A stretch of DNA of 64,000 nucleotides, taken from NCBI GenBank assembly GCA_963717445.1, contig OY970334.1, forward strand, positions 901,798 to 965,797, given 5' to 3'. Each line of letters opens with the position of its first letter. Position 1 is the stretch's first letter. This DNA comes from an uncultured Bacteroidota bacterium. GTDB lineage: Bacteria > Bacteroidota > Ignavibacteria > UBA10030 > UBA8401. Of the stretch, positions 60,286 through 64,000 are shown one piece after another. Under the pieces are notes generated by a model that made no database searches, was not told the DNA's origin, and saw only the letters and a program-made list of their open reading frames with translations. Made by a program: the position numbers and the translations under genes.

Positions 60286-61050
60286 TTACCGTGCCAACCA
60301 TCCGCCGTCGACTACCAGAACGTGGCCGTTCACATAGTCGGAGGCGGGCGAGGCAAGAAAAACTGCAACGCCTTTCAAATCGTCGGGCAATCCCCATCGT
60401 CCCGCCGGAATCCGGTCGAGAATCGATTTGGAACGAGCGGGGTCGTCGCGCAATGGCTTCGTATTATTCGTTGCCATGTAGCCGGGGGCGATGGCATTAA
60501 CGGTGATTCCGTGTGGAGCCCATTCGTTCGCAAGAGCTTTCGTCACCTGAGCAACTGCTGCTTTACTTGCAGCATACGATGGAACCAGAATTCCTCCCTG
60601 GAATGCAAGGAGAGAAGAAATGTTGATGATTTTTCCATACTTCCTTTTCATCATATCTCTACCCACCGCCTGGCAGAAGAAGAAGACTGTTTTCGAATTG
60701 ATCGCCATGACCTCATCCCAATCTTTTTCGGAAAAATCTATTGCCGGAGTGCGGCGAATAATACCGGCATTGTTGACGAGGATATCGACTTTCCCAAACT
60801 CCTCCAACGTGCGTTGCACAATCATTTCGATCGGGGTAATCGTGCTGAGGTCGGCAACGATGTTGATAGCTTTTCTTTTCATCGCCTCAATTTGCTTGGC
60901 GGTTTCAGAACAGCCGGTCCTGTCGACAAGAACGATGTCTGCTCCAGCCTCTGCAAGCCCAACCGCCATACCGGCACCGAGGCCGGTGCTGCCTCCGGTG
61001 ACAATTGCCGTCTTACCTGAGAGATCAAATTGATTATTCATGTCATTCAC
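60286..61050 (-). CDS. kduD: SDR oxidoreductase, 2-dehydro-3-deoxy-D-gluconate 5-dehydrogenase-like
   Basis: TGGSTGLG and YAASKAAV SDR motifs are present, in a KDG-pathway context. Confidence 0.7.
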   Translation of the reverse strand: MNDMNNQFDLSGKTAIVTGGSTGLGAGMAVGLAEAGADIVLVDRTGCSETAKQIEAMKRKAINIVADLSTITPIEMIVQRTLEEFGKVDILVNNAGIIRRTPAIDFSEKDWDEVMAINSKTVFFFCQAVGRDMMKRKYGKIINISSLLAFQGGILVPSYAASKAAVAQVTKALANEWAPHGITVNAIAPGYMATNNTKPLRDDPARSKSILDRIPAGRWGLPDDLKGVAVFLASPASDYVNGHVLVVDGGWLAR

Positions 61051-61169
61051 GAGTTTTAGAAATCTATTGATATCACGCCAAGACGCAAAGCCGCGTAAGA
61101 TTTATTTGTAGGTTATTTGCGCCTCGGCGACTTTGCGTGAGACAAGTTTTCCGGACACTAGAACTATCG

Positions 61170-62624
61170 TTATACCACGTATGCAGACGATGCTGTTTCT
61201 CCGCCGCGGCCGGTCCAGTTTGTATGGAAAAATTCTCCGCGGGGCTTGTCGATTCTTTCGTACATGTGCGCCCCGAAATAATCGCGTTGAGCCTGCAATA
61301 AGTTGGCGGGCAACCGGGAGTTTCTAAATCCGTCGTAATAATTGAGGGCAGTCGCCATAGCGGGAACCCAGATACCGCTGAGAACCGCCGTTGAAAGGAC
61401 ACGCCGCCACGAATCCTGCGAGCGGTCGATCGTCTCCTTGAAGAAAGGATCCAACAGTAAATTTGTCAAAGCCGGGTTTTTATCGAACGCTTCTTTAATC
61501 CTCCCGAGAAACTTCGACCGGATGATGCATCCGCCTCGCCATAGAAGAGCGATACCCCCGTAGTTCAATTTCCATTTGAATTCTTCCGCCGCTGCTTTTA
61601 ATAAAACGTATCCCTGGGTGTACGAAACGATCTTCGAAGCGTAGAGAGCTTTCGAGAGGTCGTCCAGAAAGTCCTGTTTGTCTCCTGTGAATTTCGGCTT
61701 GGGACCTTGCAGAATTTTTGATGCTTCGACCCGATCTTCCTTCGTCGCCGAAAGACAACGGCCATACACCGCTTCACTGATCATCGTCAATGGAATGCCG
61801 AGATCGAGGGATGCAACACTTGTCCACTTCCCGGTTCCTTTTTGCCCTGCTGTGTCGAGAATCTTGTCGACAAGAGGAGTGCCGTCCGTATCCTTGAAGG
61901 CGAGGATGTCTCTCGTAATTTCGATGAGGTAGCTGTCAAGCTCCCCTTTATTCCATTGCTCGAAGACATCGTGCATTTCCGGCGCAGACATTCCCAGAAG
62001 CTCTTTCATGATCTGGTACACTTCGCAGATCAATTGCATATCTCCATACTCGATTCCGTTGTGGACCATTTTGACGAAATGACCCGCACCATTTTCGCCG
62101 ACCCAATCACAGCATGGCGTGCCGTCGGCAACCTTGGCAGCAATCGATTGAAAAATCGGTTTCACGTGTGGCCATGCGGGGGGAGACCCTCCCGGCATGA
62201 TCGACGGTCCGCGTAAGGCTCCCTCTTCACCGCCGGAAACGCCGGTCCCGATGAAGAGGAAACCCTTCGACTCGAGATATTTCGTCCGGCGGATCGTGTC
62301 GGGAAAATGGGAGTTGCCTCCATCAATAATGATGTCCCCTTGTTGAAGATGAGGAATTAACTGCTCGATGAAATCATCCACCGGCTTGCCAGCCTTCACC
62401 ATCAACATGATCTTACGGGGAGTCTTGAGTGAACCGACAAGCTCGGCAATCGAGTGAGTTCCAATAATCTTTTTCCCCTTGGCCCGACCATGGACAAAGT
62501 TGTCGACTTTCTCGATGGTCCGGTTGTAGACCGCGACCGTGAAGCCGCGGCTTTCGACGTTCAGTACAAGGTTCTCGCCCATTACTGCGAGCCCCACTAA
62601 TCCTAAATCTGCTTTTTCATTCAT
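61170..62624 (-). CDS. gnd: 6-phosphogluconate dehydrogenase (decarboxylating)
   Basis: MNEKADLGLVGLAVMGENL is the Rossmann N-terminus and the protein is Gnd throughout. The start was moved to an internal ATG, leaving 85 nt to kdgK. Confidence 0.85.
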   Translation of the reverse strand: MNEKADLGLVGLAVMGENLVLNVESRGFTVAVYNRTIEKVDNFVHGRAKGKKIIGTHSIAELVGSLKTPRKIMLMVKAGKPVDDFIEQLIPHLQQGDIIIDGGNSHFPDTIRRTKYLESKGFLFIGTGVSGGEEGALRGPSIMPGGSPPAWPHVKPIFQSIAAKVADGTPCCDWVGENGAGHFVKMVHNGIEYGDMQLICEVYQIMKELLGMSAPEMHDVFEQWNKGELDSYLIEITRDILAFKDTDGTPLVDKILDTAGQKGTGKWTSVASLDLGIPLTMISEAVYGRCLSATKEDRVEASKILQGPKPKFTGDKQDFLDDLSKALYASKIVSYTQGYVLLKAAAEEFKWKLNYGGIALLWRGGCIIRSKFLGRIKEAFDKNPALTNLLLDPFFKETIDRSQDSWRRVLSTAVLSGIWVPAMATALNYYDGFRNSRLPANLLQAQRDYFGAHMYERIDKPRGEFFHTNWTGRGGETASSAYVV

Positions 62625-62709
62625 TGTGATAATTTTCGCTTTCTCATTGCTGTTGATTGTATCGACTCCAACATACCCTCCCCTGAAGGGGAGGGCTAGG
62701 GTGGGGTCA

Positions 62710-63792
62710 TTATCGTTGAATACGCGCCGATCCTCCTTTTGCAAATGCGCGGACCTGCTCCACTGTCGCCATCGTAGTATCCCCGGGAAAAGTTGTTAGC
62801 AATGCTCCATGGGCCCAGCCGAGCTTTACCGCCTCTTCAGGCGATTCTCCGGCAAGTAATCCGTAAAAGAATCCGCTGGCAAATCCGTCGCCGCCACCGA
62901 CGCGATCGAGGACATCCAACTCGCACGTCGGCGCACTGTAGGTTTTCCCATCTATCCACGCAACTGCACTCCAGCTATGATGATTGGTAGAATGAACTTC
63001 GCGCAACGTTGTCGCCACAACCTTTACCTGTGGATGCTTAGCGACAACTTTATCAATCATGCCGAAAAAAGCGCTCGGGTCAAGTTTGGATTTCGATGCG
63101 ACTTCTGGACCGGGAATACCGAGTCCCTTCTGCAGGTCTTCTTCATTTCCGACAAGAACATCGGCATTTTCAACGATGCGGGCGACAACCTCCACAGCTT
63201 TTTTCTCGCCTCCCCAAACATTCCAGAGCTTCTCTCTGAAATTCAAATCGAAGCTGACAACGGCGCCAGCCTTCTTCGCGGCTTTCATCCCCTCAATAAT
63301 CAACTCTCCAGTCGTTTGGGAAAGAGCTGCAAAAATTCCTCCGCTATGAAACCAGCGGACACCTCCTGCAAAGATCGAGTTCCAATCAAAGTCACCCGGT
63401 TTCAATTGTGCCGCAGCCTCGTTAGAGCGGTTGTAGAATACCACCGGAGCTCGAACGCCTTGACCCCGGTCGCTGTACACCGCCGCCATGTTAGGTCCGT
63501 TCACGCCGTTGTGTTTGAATCTTTTATAGAACGGTTTTACACCCATCGCCTTTACCCGTTCTGCAATCATGTCGCCGATCGGGTAATCTACCATGGCCGT
63601 GACGATACCGGTATTGAAGCGAAAGCAATCCGCCAGATTGGCCGCGACGTTGAACTCTCCCCCGCTCGTATGTATCTGGCATTCCGTCGCTTTTCTAAAA
63701 GGGATGATCCCGGGGTCCAGCCTGTGAACCAACGCTCCAAGCGAAACCAAATCGAGGGCACCGTCGGATTGAATCTTCAAACCATTGCTCAT
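62710..63792 (-). CDS. kdgK: 2-dehydro-3-deoxygluconokinase (PfkB family)
   Basis: PfkB N- and C-terminal motifs are present (GGGDGFASGFFYGLL). Confidence 0.75.
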   Translation of the reverse strand: MSNGLKIQSDGALDLVSLGALVHRLDPGIIPFRKATECQIHTSGGEFNVAANLADCFRFNTGIVTAMVDYPIGDMIAERVKAMGVKPFYKRFKHNGVNGPNMAAVYSDRGQGVRAPVVFYNRSNEAAAQLKPGDFDWNSIFAGGVRWFHSGGIFAALSQTTGELIIEGMKAAKKAGAVVSFDLNFREKLWNVWGGEKKAVEVVARIVENADVLVGNEEDLQKGLGIPGPEVASKSKLDPSAFFGMIDKVVAKHPQVKVVATTLREVHSTNHHSWSAVAWIDGKTYSAPTCELDVLDRVGGGDGFASGFFYGLLAGESPEEAVKLGWAHGALLTTFPGDTTMATVEQVRAFAKGGSARIQR

Positions 63793-63896
63793 CTATTGCT
63801 CCTTCTTCTTATTCTTTGTCAAGTATTCCGAACCCGTCCATGATGTGGTTCGGATTCGGATAAAATCCATTGCAACCGGAGCTGTTGATCAGTCGC

Positions 63897-64000
63897 TGCC
63901 TAGAAAAATGGGGCGAAGGTGGCGGTCGTAAAGATTCTCCGTCACACCCTCATTAACCGCGCGGGCCGATTCATCGAGTGCATGCGTAAATCGATCTCCC
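63897..64000 (-). CDS. 3' end of an unidentified CDS entering from beyond the window
   Basis: The minus-strand frame is open from the window edge: ...GDRFTHALDESARAVNEGVTENLYDRHLRPIFLGSD*. Confidence 0.25.

Overview
This 64-kb window comes from a roughly 50% GC bacterium. A C-terminal T9SS sorting domain and many glycoside hydrolase and carbohydrate esterase genes point to the Fibrobacteres-Chlorobi-Bacteroidetes group. The layout is as follows.

- **1-4.4 kb:** a surface-polysaccharide locus on the minus strand. It holds a GT1 gene cut by the window edge, a GT2 gene carrying an in-frame TGA, and an 857-aa Wzx-like flippase fused to a GT1 domain.
- **5-27 kb:** a housekeeping and envelope block. 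It includes a divergent EF-G paralog, HU, sppA, mltG, chorismate mutase, trpA, tsaD, PBP4/dacB, prmA, Ppx/GppA, cysteine desulfurase, an ECF sigma / anti-sigma / LTXXQ operon, a Wzi-like outer-membrane protein and TerC.
- **27.5-38.5 kb:** tRNA-Leu(CAG), a standalone radical-SAM/SPASM enzyme, an MFS transporter, a cupredoxin-like / porin-like / hybrid histidine kinase operon, an LPP20-like lipoprotein, a frameshifted Ig-like lipoprotein, and tRNA-Val(TAC) plus tRNA-Gly(CCC).
- **39-43 kb:** a GT2 plus UPF0104 pair and a Tat-signal DUF362 protein that ends in a T9SS C-terminal domain.
- **44-64 kb:** a plant-polysaccharide degradation region with CE15, a YVTN propeller, ribokinase, a GRP sugar transporter, GH9, GH78, esterases, and eda-kduD-gnd-kdgK.

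The most notable structures are as follows.

1. Two inverted copies of a 0.55-0.63 kb structured element (44202-44754 and 49894-50520) enclose a 5.1-kb sugar cassette. Each carries 17-18 bp terminal inverted repeats, and the left copy sits between a perfect 8-bp direct repeat, GAAAGTTT, consistent with a target-site duplication. The cassette also contains a frameshifted tyrosine-recombinase remnant.
2. A related family of roughly 120-bp hairpin repeats occurs at about 8.2, 10.8 and 17.1 kb and shares the terminal GGGTAGTG motif.
3. A 1.1-kb AT-rich islet encodes a Panacea-domain antitoxin and a MazF/PemK-like toxin.

No CRISPR array, rRNA or intact transposase was found.
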